From an uncultured Lachnospiraceae bacterium (GTDB taxonomy: Bacteria > Bacillota > Clostridia > Lachnospirales > Lachnospiraceae): DNA of 64,000 nt. Positions 50,177-61,494 of this stretch are shown one piece after another. Where the stretch lies: the NCBI GenBank assembly GCA_910585465.1, contig CAJUEW010000004.1, positions 44,001 through 108,000 on the forward strand, read 5' to 3'. A program made the translations under genes and the position numbers. The notes under the pieces are model-generated. The model saw only the letters and a list, made by a program, of their open reading frames with translations. It was not told the DNA's origin and did no database searches. Numbering within the stretch: position 1 is the first letter of the stretch; each line of letters starts with the position of its first letter.

Positions 50177-50205
50177 ATTGTATGTCTTTTTGTACTGATT
50201 TATGC
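50177..50205 (-). promoter_or_regulatory. Sigma-E consensus promoter
   Basis: Minus strand GCATAAA-14 bp-CATACAAT. Confidence 0.6.
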
Positions 50206-50255
50206 CACCGGTCAGGGCACCGGGGCTTTCTGTCTGCCAGCAGGTGGAAAATAGA

Positions 50256-50285
50256 AAAAGAGCGCCGCAAAATGCGGCGCCCCTT
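50256..50285 (-). terminator. Terminator of pckA
   Basis: gcgccgc-attt-tgcggcgc GC stem followed by T-rich tract on the minus strand. Confidence 0.7.
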
Positions 50286-50304
50286 AAGGCTATCTGAAAA
50301 ATTA

Positions 50305-52011
50305 TTAAGCTAATTCATCAACCAGCTTCTGAAGAGCTGCAAGAGCCTCGTCCGGAAGCTTATCATAACCGCCCTTAGCAGTAGCAAATTTGGCAACTGC
50401 ATCCACACGGTTCTGCATAGCGTTCTTCAGCGCTGCAACATAGTCAGCATCCTGAAGATTCGGAGTGAAATCTCCGGTCTTTCCGGACCAGTCATTCATA
50501 ATCTCGATATCTTCAAACGGTCCCCATTTTTCAAAGGAAGCCTTTCCTTCTACGATGGTTTCAAGGATTCCAAGAGTATCGGCAGGTTTTACCTTCTGTC
50601 CCATGAAATCTCCGGTATTGACAATATAGCAGTCTACGTTTTTCTCCTCTACCAGCTTTTTGAATTTCTCATAGTCATGAACAAGAGGATAGGTTCTGAA
50701 CGGATTTGCATAAGGCACAATACGAAGTGCATTTAAATCCGTACCTGCAGCTACACGCTCTGCGGTGGAGGTCTTGGTAGCCAGAGTTGCACCCATCACA
50801 GATGCCAGAGCAGCACCCTTCAGTTTTACTACCGGCGGAATGGTCGGGTCTTTCATAATCCAGAAGATTGCGTTTACAGGAGCGTCAATCTTATCTACGC
50901 GGTTGGGAGACCACAGCTTAGATTTGATTGCACGGCCGTTGCCGTTACGGATATCTTCTGTTACAAGCTGAATTTTGCCGTGCTCATCCAGTGTGGCAGA
51001 GCAGTTCTGTGCAGACAGCAGATACTGGTTATCTGAGCATCCGGTGGGGTAATCTGCAGTCTTGTCAAAATAAGTCGGCTCAAGAGCTACAGAGGAACAG
51101 GTCTCCGTGTTAATAATAAATGCATCGTCATGAAGAACTGTGATCGGATATTTTCCGCCGTGTTTTGCATGAGTTAAAGTAGATTTACCGGATCCGGACA
51201 GACCGAACACGGATGCCACATATTTACTTCCGTCCGCTAAAGTATATTCCTTCTGTCCGCCATGGCAGCTGGCATAGCCGTTTCTGTTAGCCAGCGCCCA
51301 TGCCATAGTCAGAGTACCTTTTTTATGCTCGCCGAAATATTTCATACCAAGGATTGCCGCGCAGTTCTGATTTGTGTCAAAATAGCACAGGGTCAGAGGA
51401 TCACTCAGGCAGCTGTAATCCAGATCCGGAGCTTCATGAGGCGCCCACTGAGGATCGGAGAAAATATAAATATCCGGCTCTTTTCCGTCGCCGACCGGCT
51501 TGGAATTTTTATACATTTTTACATATTCGTCAGACATATACTGGAAGTTAATCATCCAGTTGTAGAGAAGATTTTCCTCTCCTTCCGGAATCAGAAGATG
51601 AGCCTTTACCATAAATTCCGGATCCAGACCTACAAAACAGGTGGCATGATACATCGTTTTCCAGCGGGTCTCATATACAGCGTCCATAACGATTTTATCA
51701 AGTTTTACTTCATCTACACCCGGTTCACCTTTAATACGGCGGGCTGCTGCATACCGTCCGGTAACTGCGCCGTCATTGAATAAGAGAACCTTTGCATCCT
51801 TTTCAAGACCAAACTCCTCTCCTCTGTAAACAGGCATATCCGTTACAATCGTTCCCGGAGAATTCTTTGCTAACTCATAAGCTTCCTTTAAAGTATTCAC
51901 CTTCACTACGTTATTACCATAGAATGCTGCTTCAATGATAGAACGAGTTTTTGAGAAACCTGGCTTATCCTTGCCAATTTCACTAAGCGGATAATAAGCT
52001 TTTGTTGACAT
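50305..52011 (-). CDS. pckA: Phosphoenolpyruvate carboxykinase (ATP)
   Basis: YFGEHKKG, ASCHGG, FGLSGSGKSTL, LHDD, NGNGR. Confidence 0.9.
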   Translation of the reverse strand: MSTKAYYPLSEIGKDKPGFSKTRSIIEAAFYGNNVVKVNTLKEAYELAKNSPGTIVTDMPVYRGEEFGLEKDAKVLLFNDGAVTGRYAAARRIKGEPGVDEVKLDKIVMDAVYETRWKTMYHATCFVGLDPEFMVKAHLLIPEGEENLLYNWMINFQYMSDEYVKMYKNSKPVGDGKEPDIYIFSDPQWAPHEAPDLDYSCLSDPLTLCYFDTNQNCAAILGMKYFGEHKKGTLTMAWALANRNGYASCHGGQKEYTLADGSKYVASVFGLSGSGKSTLTHAKHGGKYPITVLHDDAFIINTETCSSVALEPTYFDKTADYPTGCSDNQYLLSAQNCSATLDEHGKIQLVTEDIRNGNGRAIKSKLWSPNRVDKIDAPVNAIFWIMKDPTIPPVVKLKGAALASVMGATLATKTSTAERVAAGTDLNALRIVPYANPFRTYPLVHDYEKFKKLVEEKNVDCYIVNTGDFMGQKVKPADTLGILETIVEGKASFEKWGPFEDIEIMNDWSGKTGDFTPNLQDADYVAALKNAMQNRVDAVAKFATAKGGYDKLPDEALAALQKLVDELA

Positions 52012-52125
52012 GATTGTGTCCTCCTTATGTTATTAAATATTGTTATGTACTCAATATGATAGCTTGTCAAGGCCCTGTCAAACCCTGTCATGTCCCATTA
52101 TACATTTTGTGAAAAAAAAGTCAAG

Positions 52126-52476
52126 TTAAAAGTATTTTTTCATGGCCCGCTTTACTTCCATAGCGTACCATACCAGCACCAGAAAAAAGGCCCCCATCAT
52201 CACCCACAGCAGAGTATGGACATCCGTCACATAGGTATTCAGGATAGATACGCCTCCATATACAATCATTATCCCTCCCAGTGTCCGAAGCCTGGGCGAC
52301 ATAAAATTAGCATATCCCTGCAGGTCCTTGCAGGCGTCCACATCGGTCTCCTTGAATACAAGAAATGTACGGATAATCCTCCCCTCCCGCTGCAGAACAT
52401 ATGCACTGTACAGGGCATAAATCCCAAAGGCAAGTACCAAAATATCAATCAGATTAAAAAGTTCATTGTAGCCCAT
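52126..52476 (-). CDS. Small hypothetical membrane protein
   Basis: Three hydrophobic segments; AGGAG RBS; follows thrC. Confidence 0.8.
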   Translation of the reverse strand: MGYNELFNLIDILVLAFGIYALYSAYVLQREGRIIRTFLVFKETDVDACKDLQGYANFMSPRLRTLGGIMIVYGGVSILNTYVTDVHTLLWVMMGAFFLVLVWYAMEVKRAMKKYF

Positions 52477-52486
52477 CTATGTTCTC

Positions 52487-53980
52487 CTATTCTGCTCCAA
52501 GAAGTTCTCTGACGACCTTCTTCATATCCGTCACCCTGCACACAGTTTTATGACGCACAGGTGCTGTCCTAAGCTCCTCAACCGCCTTTGGAATCTCCAC
52601 ACCGGAAATTTCGGAAAGCTCATCAATCAATTCAAAGTCCGTCATACCTCCATACTTCCTGGCATCCACGGCTTCCATCACACTTCTGGCAAATTTATAA
52701 GGGCTTGCGGTGGATGCAATCACAGTCTTCGTCTCATCCCCCGTCTCCTTTGTGTATTTTTTATAAGCACAGGCTGCCACCGCTGTATGAGTATCCATTA
52801 CATAACCGGTATTCTCATATACCTCAGCAATCACTGCCGCCGCTTCCTCCTCTGTGGCATAATACCCGCGGAAATCCTCAAGCTGCTCCTTCATTTGCAG
52901 TGTAATCTGATATTTTCCTTCTTTTTCAAGAGCATCCATCAGCTCCACATCCTTTGCCGCGTCCGCTCCTGCAGCCCGGTACAAAAGACGCTCCAGATTG
53001 CTGGAAATCAGAATATCCATAGAAGGGGAAGTCGTCAGAATAAACGGACGGTTTCTGTCATATTCCCCGGTTTGGAAGAAATCATACAATACCTTATTGT
53101 CATTGGATGCGCATATAAGCTTTGCAATCGGCGCCCCCATCTGCTTTGCATAATAGGCTGCCAGAATATTTCCGAAATTGCCGGTGGGGACCACCACGTT
53201 TACTTTCTCCCCGGCCGCCAGCTCACCCTCCTTCAGAAGCTTTGCACAGGCATACACATAGTATACAATCTGAGGCACCAAACGTCCGATATTAATCGAA
53301 TTGGCGCTGGAAAACTGGAATCCTTTCCTGTCCAGCTCCTCTTTCAAAGCCTTATCGCCGAAGATAGCCTTCACTCCGCTCTGGGCATCGTCAAAATTGC
53401 CCTGGATGCCTACGACAAAAGTATTGTCTCCCTTCTGGGTCACCATCTGCTTCTCCTGGATCGGACTGACACCGTTTTTCGGATAAAATACAATAATCCT
53501 TGTTCCCGGCACATCCGCAAAGCCTGCCAGCGCTGCCTTTCCGGTATCGCCGGAGGTCGCTGTCAGGATCACAATTTCATTCTGAATATGATTCTTTTTC
53601 GCCGCTGTGGTCATCAGATACGGAAGAACCGAAAGTGCCATATCCTTAAATGCGATTGTGGCGCCGTGAAACAGCTCCAGATAATAGGCACCGTCCACCT
53701 TTGCCAGAGGAGCCACAGCCTCCGTATCAAATTTTTCATCATATGCGCTGCTAATACAGTATTTCAGTTCTTCTTCTGTAAAATCTGTCAGAAAAAGCTT
53801 CATTATCTCGTATGCAGTTTCCTGATAGGACATTTCCGCAAGCTGCTCCATGGACAGAGTCAGCGCGGGAATCTCTTCGGGTACAAACAGGCCTCCGTCG
53901 CCTGCCAGCCCCTGAAGAATTGCCCTGGATGCAGTTACTGCTTCTTCCTTGCCTCTTGTACTCTTATATAACAATTCCAT
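52487..53980 (-). CDS. thrC: Threonine synthase
   Basis: YKSTRG, ELFHGATIAFKD (PLP Lys), ATSGDTG, PTGNFGN. Confidence 0.97.
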   Translation of the reverse strand: MELLYKSTRGKEEAVTASRAILQGLAGDGGLFVPEEIPALTLSMEQLAEMSYQETAYEIMKLFLTDFTEEELKYCISSAYDEKFDTEAVAPLAKVDGAYYLELFHGATIAFKDMALSVLPYLMTTAAKKNHIQNEIVILTATSGDTGKAALAGFADVPGTRIIVFYPKNGVSPIQEKQMVTQKGDNTFVVGIQGNFDDAQSGVKAIFGDKALKEELDRKGFQFSSANSINIGRLVPQIVYYVYACAKLLKEGELAAGEKVNVVVPTGNFGNILAAYYAKQMGAPIAKLICASNDNKVLYDFFQTGEYDRNRPFILTTSPSMDILISSNLERLLYRAAGADAAKDVELMDALEKEGKYQITLQMKEQLEDFRGYYATEEEAAAVIAEVYENTGYVMDTHTAVAACAYKKYTKETGDETKTVIASTASPYKFARSVMEAVDARKYGGMTDFELIDELSEISGVEIPKAVEELRTAPVRHKTVCRVTDMKKVVRELLGAE

Positions 53981-54123
53981 CGTCTCTCTTTCCTTCGCTT
54001 TTTCCCGAGCCGGATTCCGGCCCGGCTACAGTACAATAATCCGGATCCTTTGCCGTCCATTGCCTTTGTGTATTCTATCATACCAATTAAAAAAAAGAAA
54101 GAGGCATAAGCCCCTTTTCTTTT

Positions 54124-54807
54124 TTACATAATATAAAAAATATGATTTCCATGCTCCAAAACCCTGCTCAGCGACCGGTCAAACCAACTGCTGTCACTGT
54201 AGATAGATTTAAAATAAAGGGCTCCGGCAGAGACATCCTCTCCGTTCATAACCCTAGACACTGCATCCACTGTTTCCTGGGATACACTGACCCGATCCAT
54301 CCTTCCGTCCACTGTCGGTGAAAACTGTGCTTTACCGCCGCTTTTCTGGTAAACCACTCCGGAAACAGTATCCGGAAAATGTCCGTTTCTTACACGGTTC
54401 ATAACCACATTCGCCACCAGCATTTTTCCGGTGGCATCCTCGCCTCCGGCCTCTGCTTCCACAATTCTAAGAAGCACCTGGTATTCCTGTTCCTCCAGAC
54501 TAAAGCCGCTGCCGGAAACCTGGCCGGGTTCCGGTTCCTCTGCTATTGTTTCCTCATGTGCCGGTTCCTCATCCGGCTGCTCTGTATCCTTCTCTTCCAG
54601 TATTTCTGTTTCGACGTTCTCTTCCCCAATCAGGACTTTTTCCTGAAAGGCTGTCTCCAGCTCTTCTATCAGTGCGTCCTCTGCAGCATATACGTGCATC
54701 GTACCAAAGCTGCAGGAGTTAAAGGATGTATGGCCTGCCATAAGAATTCCTCCAAGTGCAAGCGCAACACCCCGATAGCATCTACGCATACATACACTCC
54801 TTTTCAT
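54124..54807 (-). CDS. SleB/CwlJ-type cell wall hydrolase (Hydrolase_2)
   Basis: LLRIVEAEAGGE...VANVVMNRV...FP.TV..VVYQ...QFSP; GALYF; GNHIF; signal-like N-terminus with acidic linker. Confidence 0.9.
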   Translation of the reverse strand: MKRSVCMRRCYRGVALALGGILMAGHTSFNSCSFGTMHVYAAEDALIEELETAFQEKVLIGEENVETEILEEKDTEQPDEEPAHEETIAEEPEPGQVSGSGFSLEEQEYQVLLRIVEAEAGGEDATGKMLVANVVMNRVRNGHFPDTVSGVVYQKSGGKAQFSPTVDGRMDRVSVSQETVDAVSRVMNGEDVSAGALYFKSIYSDSSWFDRSLSRVLEHGNHIFYIM

Positions 54808-55033
54808 TTCTATTCAGTTGTCGTCCGGCAGTAATGCCTGCAAACGGCTCTTTTATTTCGTCCGCCTGACTGTCATTCGGCATTATAATCCTGGACAAAT
54901 TCAAAAGTCAATAGATATATTACAATTTTGTTAACTATTATGAACTATTTTTTTCATTTTTATGACAGAAATCAAAAAAAAGAACGCTCTCCACAAAAAA
55001 ATGTGAAAAACGTTCTATTTTTTTGTCAAATAA

Positions 55034-56692
55034 TTATTTGACCGAATGATTAATTGCCGTTAACAATGCATCGATAGAAGCACGGATAATATCCGGATCA
55101 ATGGCCGCACCCCAATGAATTTTACTGTCCGGCGTCTGAATTCCCACATATGCAATCGCACTGGAGCTTGAACTCTTCTCCAATGCATGCTCCTGATAGG
55201 TGACTAAATTATAGTTAAAGCCATAGGCTTTCTTCAGGGCATTGCTCACTGCATTCAGACGGCCGTTTCCGGATGCCGAGGTTACCCGTTTCTCCCCCTG
55301 GTAGTAAGTAGTAATTTCTGTTGTAATGCCGTTTAACTGTTTAAAATGCACCTCCAGAATCTGGAACGGAGTCTTAATTCCGACAAATTTCGCCTCAAAT
55401 ACCTGATAAATTTCTGCCGGCTGAAGCTCCTTATTCTGCTCATCGGATACTGCCTTCGCAGCATATCCCATAGCCTCCCGCATTTTAGGCGGCATAACAA
55501 TTCCGTAATTTCTCTCCAGAATATAGCCCACTCCGCCTTTGCCGGACTGGCTGTTGATCCGGATTACATCCGCGTCATAGCTTCTTCCCACATCGGTAGG
55601 ATCGATGGGAAGATAGGGAACCGTCCAATGCTCAGGCTTTTTCTCTTCAATCCACTTCATTCCTTTGGCAATGGCATCCTGATGAGAACCGGAGAATGCC
55701 GCAAATACAAGAGCACCGCTGTATGGGTTGCGCTCATTGACCTTCATTCCGGTATTGTGCTCATAAACTTCGCATATTTCGTTCATATTCGTGAAATCCA
55801 GCTCCGGATCGACTCCCTGTGCGTACATATTCATAGCTACAGTAACAATATCTACATTGCCCGTACGCTCACCGTTGCCGAACAGAGTGCCCTCCACCCG
55901 ATCTGCTCCTGCCAGAAGGCCCAGCTCCGTATCAGCAACCCCGCATCCGCGGTCATTGTGCGGATGAAGGGATATCAATACATTTTCTCTATATTTTAAA
56001 TGTTTGCTGACATATTCAATCTGCTGCGCATAAACATGCGGCATAGAATGCTGCACGGTTACCGGAAGATTAATGATTGCTTTCCGGTCGGCAGTCGGCT
56101 TCCATACCTCCAGAACTGCATTGCATACCTCCAGAGCATATTCAGGCTCTGTTCCGGTAAAGCTTTCCGGACTGTATTCAAAACGATAATCTGCTCCTGC
56201 CTCTTCCGTTAATTTTTTCAAAAGCTCCGCACCCTCCACAGCAATCTGCAGAATTTCTTCTTTGGATTTACGAAACACCTGCTCTCTCTGGGACAGAGAG
56301 GTGGAATTGTACACATGGACAATGGCATTTTTTACTCCCTTTAAAGACTCAAAGGTTTTACGGATAATATGCTCTCTTGCCTGAGTCAGCACCTGGACAG
56401 TTACATCATCCGGAATCAGATTCTGCTCAATTAATGCGCGTAAAAATTCATACTCTGTTTCCGACGCCGCCGGAAAGCCGACTTCAATCTCTTTAAAACC
56501 AATTTTCACGAGAAGCTGAAAAAAATCAAGCTTCTGCTGCAGGGTCATGGGAACAACCAAAGCCTGGTTGCCGTCCCGCAAATCTACGCTGCACCACACC
56601 GGAGCCTTTTCCACATACTCCTTATCAGCCCAGTCCATGCATCTCTCAGGCGGCATAAAATACTGTCTTGTATACTTTTTGTAATTCATCAT
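55034..56692 (-). CDS. leuA: 2-isopropylmalate synthase
   Basis: DLRDGNQAL, HPHNDRG, GNGERTGN, FSGSHQDAI, C-terminal regulatory domain. Confidence 0.96.
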   Translation of the reverse strand: MMNYKKYTRQYFMPPERCMDWADKEYVEKAPVWCSVDLRDGNQALVVPMTLQQKLDFFQLLVKIGFKEIEVGFPAASETEYEFLRALIEQNLIPDDVTVQVLTQAREHIIRKTFESLKGVKNAIVHVYNSTSLSQREQVFRKSKEEILQIAVEGAELLKKLTEEAGADYRFEYSPESFTGTEPEYALEVCNAVLEVWKPTADRKAIINLPVTVQHSMPHVYAQQIEYVSKHLKYRENVLISLHPHNDRGCGVADTELGLLAGADRVEGTLFGNGERTGNVDIVTVAMNMYAQGVDPELDFTNMNEICEVYEHNTGMKVNERNPYSGALVFAAFSGSHQDAIAKGMKWIEEKKPEHWTVPYLPIDPTDVGRSYDADVIRINSQSGKGGVGYILERNYGIVMPPKMREAMGYAAKAVSDEQNKELQPAEIYQVFEAKFVGIKTPFQILEVHFKQLNGITTEITTYYQGEKRVTSASGNGRLNAVSNALKKAYGFNYNLVTYQEHALEKSSSSSAIAYVGIQTPDSKIHWGAAIDPDIIRASIDALLTAINHSVK

Positions 56693-56823
56693 GTCTTCTT
56701 CTCTCCTTCTATTTTTACCTCATAAATACCTCTGACGGGCCGCTTCCGCGGTACGGTTTCTCTCTGCCCCGGCAGGATTCCCGCAGAGCAATTTTATTTC
56801 ACAGAAAGATTTTTCCTGTGCAA

Positions 56824-57135
56824 TAAAAAAAGCCTCCCATCTCCGGCTTATACAGCCTTAGAGACGAAAGACAAACTGTCCTACGCGGTACCACTCCAAT
56901 TTCATGAATGATTTCACACACTTTACGGATACGGAATCAGATTCTTATATCCTTCCCTCTGTAACGGCAGGGCTCCGTCTGTGTCTACTCTCTCCTAATA
57001 TGTACTTAAGAAGATTTTGGACAGCCGCTCCGAGGCGAGTTCCAAACATTCTCTCTGCTGCCTCGCACCGACCGACAGCTCTCTGAAATCAAGTCCGAAT
57101 GTACTATTCCTCATCAAAGCATTTACTTATTTTAC
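56824..57135 (-). promoter_or_regulatory. T-box riboswitch (Leu) upstream of leuA
   Basis: T-box GGAGTGGTACCGCG (56884-56897); downstream terminator with T run; specifier GAA-CTC (Leu codon at 57037-57039). Confidence 0.88.
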
Positions 57136-57143
57136 TGTTGGAT

Positions 57144-57183
57144 ATCATAACAAAAACTCCCGCTTTTGTCAAGCAGGAGTTTT
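57144..57183 (-). promoter_or_regulatory. Sigma-A promoter of the leuA leader embedded in the upstream terminator hairpin
   Basis: TTGACA-17 bp-TATGAT overlapping the aaaactcctgctt..aagcgggagttttt stem-loop. Confidence 0.7.
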
Positions 57184-57213
57184 CTTCCATTGAAACAGCC
57201 TGAGACTTTGGAT

Positions 57214-58299
57214 TCACTCTTGCCTCTGTTCAAAAATCCTGTTTACCTTGCCGCATAATTCCTGTTCTTTCCTGTATAAAGCTGTTTTACTGTACCATCC
57301 TCCTGTCAGGAAGAAAATTTTCTGCCGTATAAGCTCCAGACATGTACACACGGCATACACGGCAAGGGCAGCCCCTGCTGCATAAATCACCGCCCAATGA
57401 GTAAGCGCCACCTTACTGGCGCGGAAGGTATCCCACACCAGATAGCGAATCAGATAATTGTCATGAATCAGATACACGCCGAAAGCGGCGCCGGCAATTT
57501 TCAGAATCATACTATCCATCCCCGATTCCTTCCACGGCATATTTTTTACGCATATAAACAAAGAAATCGTTGCCAGCAGAGCCAGAGGAGAATTATAGTT
57601 CAGAAAATATCCAATATCTTCCTGATGACCTTCTACAGACAAATAGACACTCCCCAGCACGGCCAGAGAACAGATAACATATCCTGCCAGGCCATACCAA
57701 AAGTATCTTCTGTCCTGTCCCATATGCAGCCTGATATAACCGGCGGCAAATGCCAGAAATAAAAACCAGGGAAGCTCCCTTCCGGAGTAGATTCCATAAG
57801 TATCTGTCCGAAATATCATATGATTCACACTGAAAAATACAGACAGCAGAACAAGCAAATACTGATACTGCCTCTTTGTCAGTCTCATAGCCAGCATTCC
57901 GGCAAAGGGCATTACCAGAGCAAGTCCCATATAGACAGAAGCAAACCAGTAATTTTTTGCCGAAACAGGCAATAGGGCCTTTATGATATCCTCCCACGAC
58001 ACCCCTGCGCAGCTTCCGTAAATCAGACAGATTCCTGCAGAATAGAAAAAAACCTGTTTCCAGAATTTTATCAGTCTTTCAAGCTTAAATTCCCGGTCAA
58101 TGGAAAAATACCCTGCTATCATAACAAAACAGTTCACATGTACCACCGAAAAGGACTGAATCAAATAAGAAAGAAAATAATTTACCGTTCCATATCCAAG
58201 CTTTGCTGTCACTCTTCCATGAAACAAACAGTGCCCCACAACAATCATATACATGCAGAGAATCCGTAAAAGCTCGAAATTCACCTGTCTCTTTTTCAT
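57214..58299 (-). CDS. Acyltransferase family 3 membrane O-acyltransferase
   Basis: NFELLRI...IV..H; VNCFVMIAGYF; YWF...Y; FGVYLIHDN; about 10 TM segments. Start at MKKRQ. Confidence 0.88.
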   Translation of the reverse strand: MKKRQVNFELLRILCMYMIVVGHCLFHGRVTAKLGYGTVNYFLSYLIQSFSVVHVNCFVMIAGYFSIDREFKLERLIKFWKQVFFYSAGICLIYGSCAGVSWEDIIKALLPVSAKNYWFASVYMGLALVMPFAGMLAMRLTKRQYQYLLVLLSVFFSVNHMIFRTDTYGIYSGRELPWFLFLAFAAGYIRLHMGQDRRYFWYGLAGYVICSLAVLGSVYLSVEGHQEDIGYFLNYNSPLALLATISLFICVKNMPWKESGMDSMILKIAGAAFGVYLIHDNYLIRYLVWDTFRASKVALTHWAVIYAAGAALAVYAVCTCLELIRQKIFFLTGGWYSKTALYRKEQELCGKVNRIFEQRQE

Positions 58300-58306
58300 T
58301 TCCGCA

Positions 58307-60379
58307 TCACTCCCCTGATGGATTACTTCTATATAAAAGGTTGTCCGTTGCGATCTTTGTTCCCTTATCCCCATCCCTGATGACAACATGAACCTCATAG
58401 CGGTCATCCAAAGGATAGCTCAGCTTTGGAATCATAAATCTCACCTGATCGGTATCCGAAAGCTCCGTATCATAGAGCATAGAATACAGTCCATTTTTAT
58501 CCTGCTGCTGCCAGGTTCCCTGATACATCCGTTTTTTTCCGCTCTCAACGCTCTGCATCCATAAAAATACACTTTTGCCCTCCAGTTCCTCCGGTTTCAT
58601 ATTCACGGTCGCCTCAAATACATCATAGCGATCATTTTCTGCCGTGTAGGTTTTATCCAGAGAGGCAGTATATTCCTCCGTATCCTTTAGCCCTGACATC
58701 TTGTAATTCAGCGCAAATAAGTCAAAATCCCCAATCTGGTTCACTTTTGAATAGGTAATAAAGATACCGTCATAAATATCCTGCAAATGCAGCATAATGT
58801 GCTCCATCAGTGTATTGGATATCAATACTGCCCTATCGCTCATATAGAGAGAGGTCAGCAGGTTTCTCTGCCCATACTCCTCCAGGTTGGAAACTACCTG
58901 GGGGGACTCTGTCTCCCACCCTCCCAGTGTAAAAATATTGGTCAGATAATCGTCCGGAAGCTTCTCAAAGATAGAATATCCCAGCTCTACTCCGTTATTT
59001 GTAAACGGGTCAAAAACATAATAAAGCTTTTTATCCTCTGCAATGGTATCATACAGATTCCGGAACGCGATACTTGGCTTTGAAGACTGGAGCGACGGCT
59101 GCAACGCCGGCAAGGCCAGCCTCCGGATACAGATTCCCGCCGTCAGCAGCGCACTGCCTGCCACGACCGCGGCAAAGGCTCTTCTTCCCTCCAGCCGCTT
59201 CTCCCACTGTCCGGCAATCCCTTCCTCCTCTGCAGACCAGAGCAGAATCAGAAAGCTAATCAGACAGGCAGTAACTACGATGGGGAGCACCCGGTAAATT
59301 TTTATAAAATACAAATAGATTCCAAGTAATGCCAGATATGGATAAAAAACTGCTGTGCCTTTCCTTTTTCCCACAAAAAAAAACGGAAAAAGCCAAACCA
59401 GCGTCACCAGCACCCCAAGCAGGAATAAGGGCTTTTTTCCCAATATTATCAAATAATCTGCCAAATACTCCCACTGAAACGGCCTGCTCTGCCGAAACGC
59501 CACAACCGCCCGAAAGGTATCTGCCGTATACCGGTCATAATCTGCAATCAGCCAGTTCTGCAGATTCATGCAGTCTGTCCTCGTAAGTCCTATGGCTTCA
59601 TAGTCCGCCTGGTATTCCTCCCACTCCGGCACACCGTAATCCAGAAGCTGCTGACGTGCCTTATCATATTCCTTATAGTGCTCCTCGGGACTTCCGGGAG
59701 TATAAACCAACACATTTTCCAGAATCATGCTACCAAAAATAAGCGTAAATGCTGCTGCACAGGGGATACAGTCCCGAATCAGAAATCTCTTCCACTCCTT
59801 CTCCCTGTATGCATTCAATGCCTGTGACAGCCATAATCCGAAGGCAATCAAACTGACCATGCCAAAAGCCTGAAAACGAATCCAGCTTCCCAGCAGCAGA
59901 AAAAGAATTCCTCCCAATATCTGCCGGAAGCGCCTGTCTTTGCAGAACAAAAGCGTATACCCCGCTGCTGTCACAACTGCCGCTGTCTTTGTATACTGCA
60001 TCTCCACGTACAGAGGACATACGCAGGCAAGCACCAGCATAACGGATAATACTGTTCCTGTCTTTTCAGAGCACAGGATCCACGTGCAGCCCACTGTAGT
60101 TAAAGACAAAAATATCAGGCCGTACATGACGATAGTATACCAGTTTACGCCGGGCATACACATATAAAATACCTTTAAAATCCACCCAAAGCCGCTATGA
60201 AGATAGATAAAATAATGAGTATAATCCCCATATGCCCCAGATGCAATGGCCGCCAGGGAAAATTCGTCATTGGAACCATAATATGGATGTAAAAAAAGAA
60301 CCGCGTATGCCACAGCCGCCGCATGGAACAGTATGAAGAAGCACTGAAGCTGCATAGCCGAAATTTTGTCTTTTTTCAA
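58307..60379 (-). CDS. Polytopic membrane protein, GT-C-like glycosyltransferase candidate
   Basis: NDE after TM1, many TM segments, large extracytoplasmic loops and a soluble C-terminal domain. TTG start at 60379 after a GAGGTG RBS. Confidence 0.7.
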   Translation of the reverse strand: MKKDKISAMQLQCFFILFHAAAVAYAVLFLHPYYGSNDEFSLAAIASGAYGDYTHYFIYLHSGFGWILKVFYMCMPGVNWYTIVMYGLIFLSLTTVGCTWILCSEKTGTVLSVMLVLACVCPLYVEMQYTKTAAVVTAAGYTLLFCKDRRFRQILGGILFLLLGSWIRFQAFGMVSLIAFGLWLSQALNAYREKEWKRFLIRDCIPCAAAFTLIFGSMILENVLVYTPGSPEEHYKEYDKARQQLLDYGVPEWEEYQADYEAIGLTRTDCMNLQNWLIADYDRYTADTFRAVVAFRQSRPFQWEYLADYLIILGKKPLFLLGVLVTLVWLFPFFFVGKRKGTAVFYPYLALLGIYLYFIKIYRVLPIVVTACLISFLILLWSAEEEGIAGQWEKRLEGRRAFAAVVAGSALLTAGICIRRLALPALQPSLQSSKPSIAFRNLYDTIAEDKKLYYVFDPFTNNGVELGYSIFEKLPDDYLTNIFTLGGWETESPQVVSNLEEYGQRNLLTSLYMSDRAVLISNTLMEHIMLHLQDIYDGIFITYSKVNQIGDFDLFALNYKMSGLKDTEEYTASLDKTYTAENDRYDVFEATVNMKPEELEGKSVFLWMQSVESGKKRMYQGTWQQQDKNGLYSMLYDTELSDTDQVRFMIPKLSYPLDDRYEVHVVIRDGDKGTKIATDNLLYRSNPSGE

Positions 60380-60399
60380 TTTTGCACCTCTTAACATAT

Positions 60400-60429
60400 A
60401 AAAGGACGGAGAAAACTCCCCGTCCTGTT
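60400..60429 (-). terminator. Terminator after ilvC
   Basis: Minus strand aggacggggag-ttt-tctccgtcctttt. Confidence 0.7.
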
Positions 60430-60438
60430 GACGACTCA

Positions 60439-61494
<1,056 letters not shown>

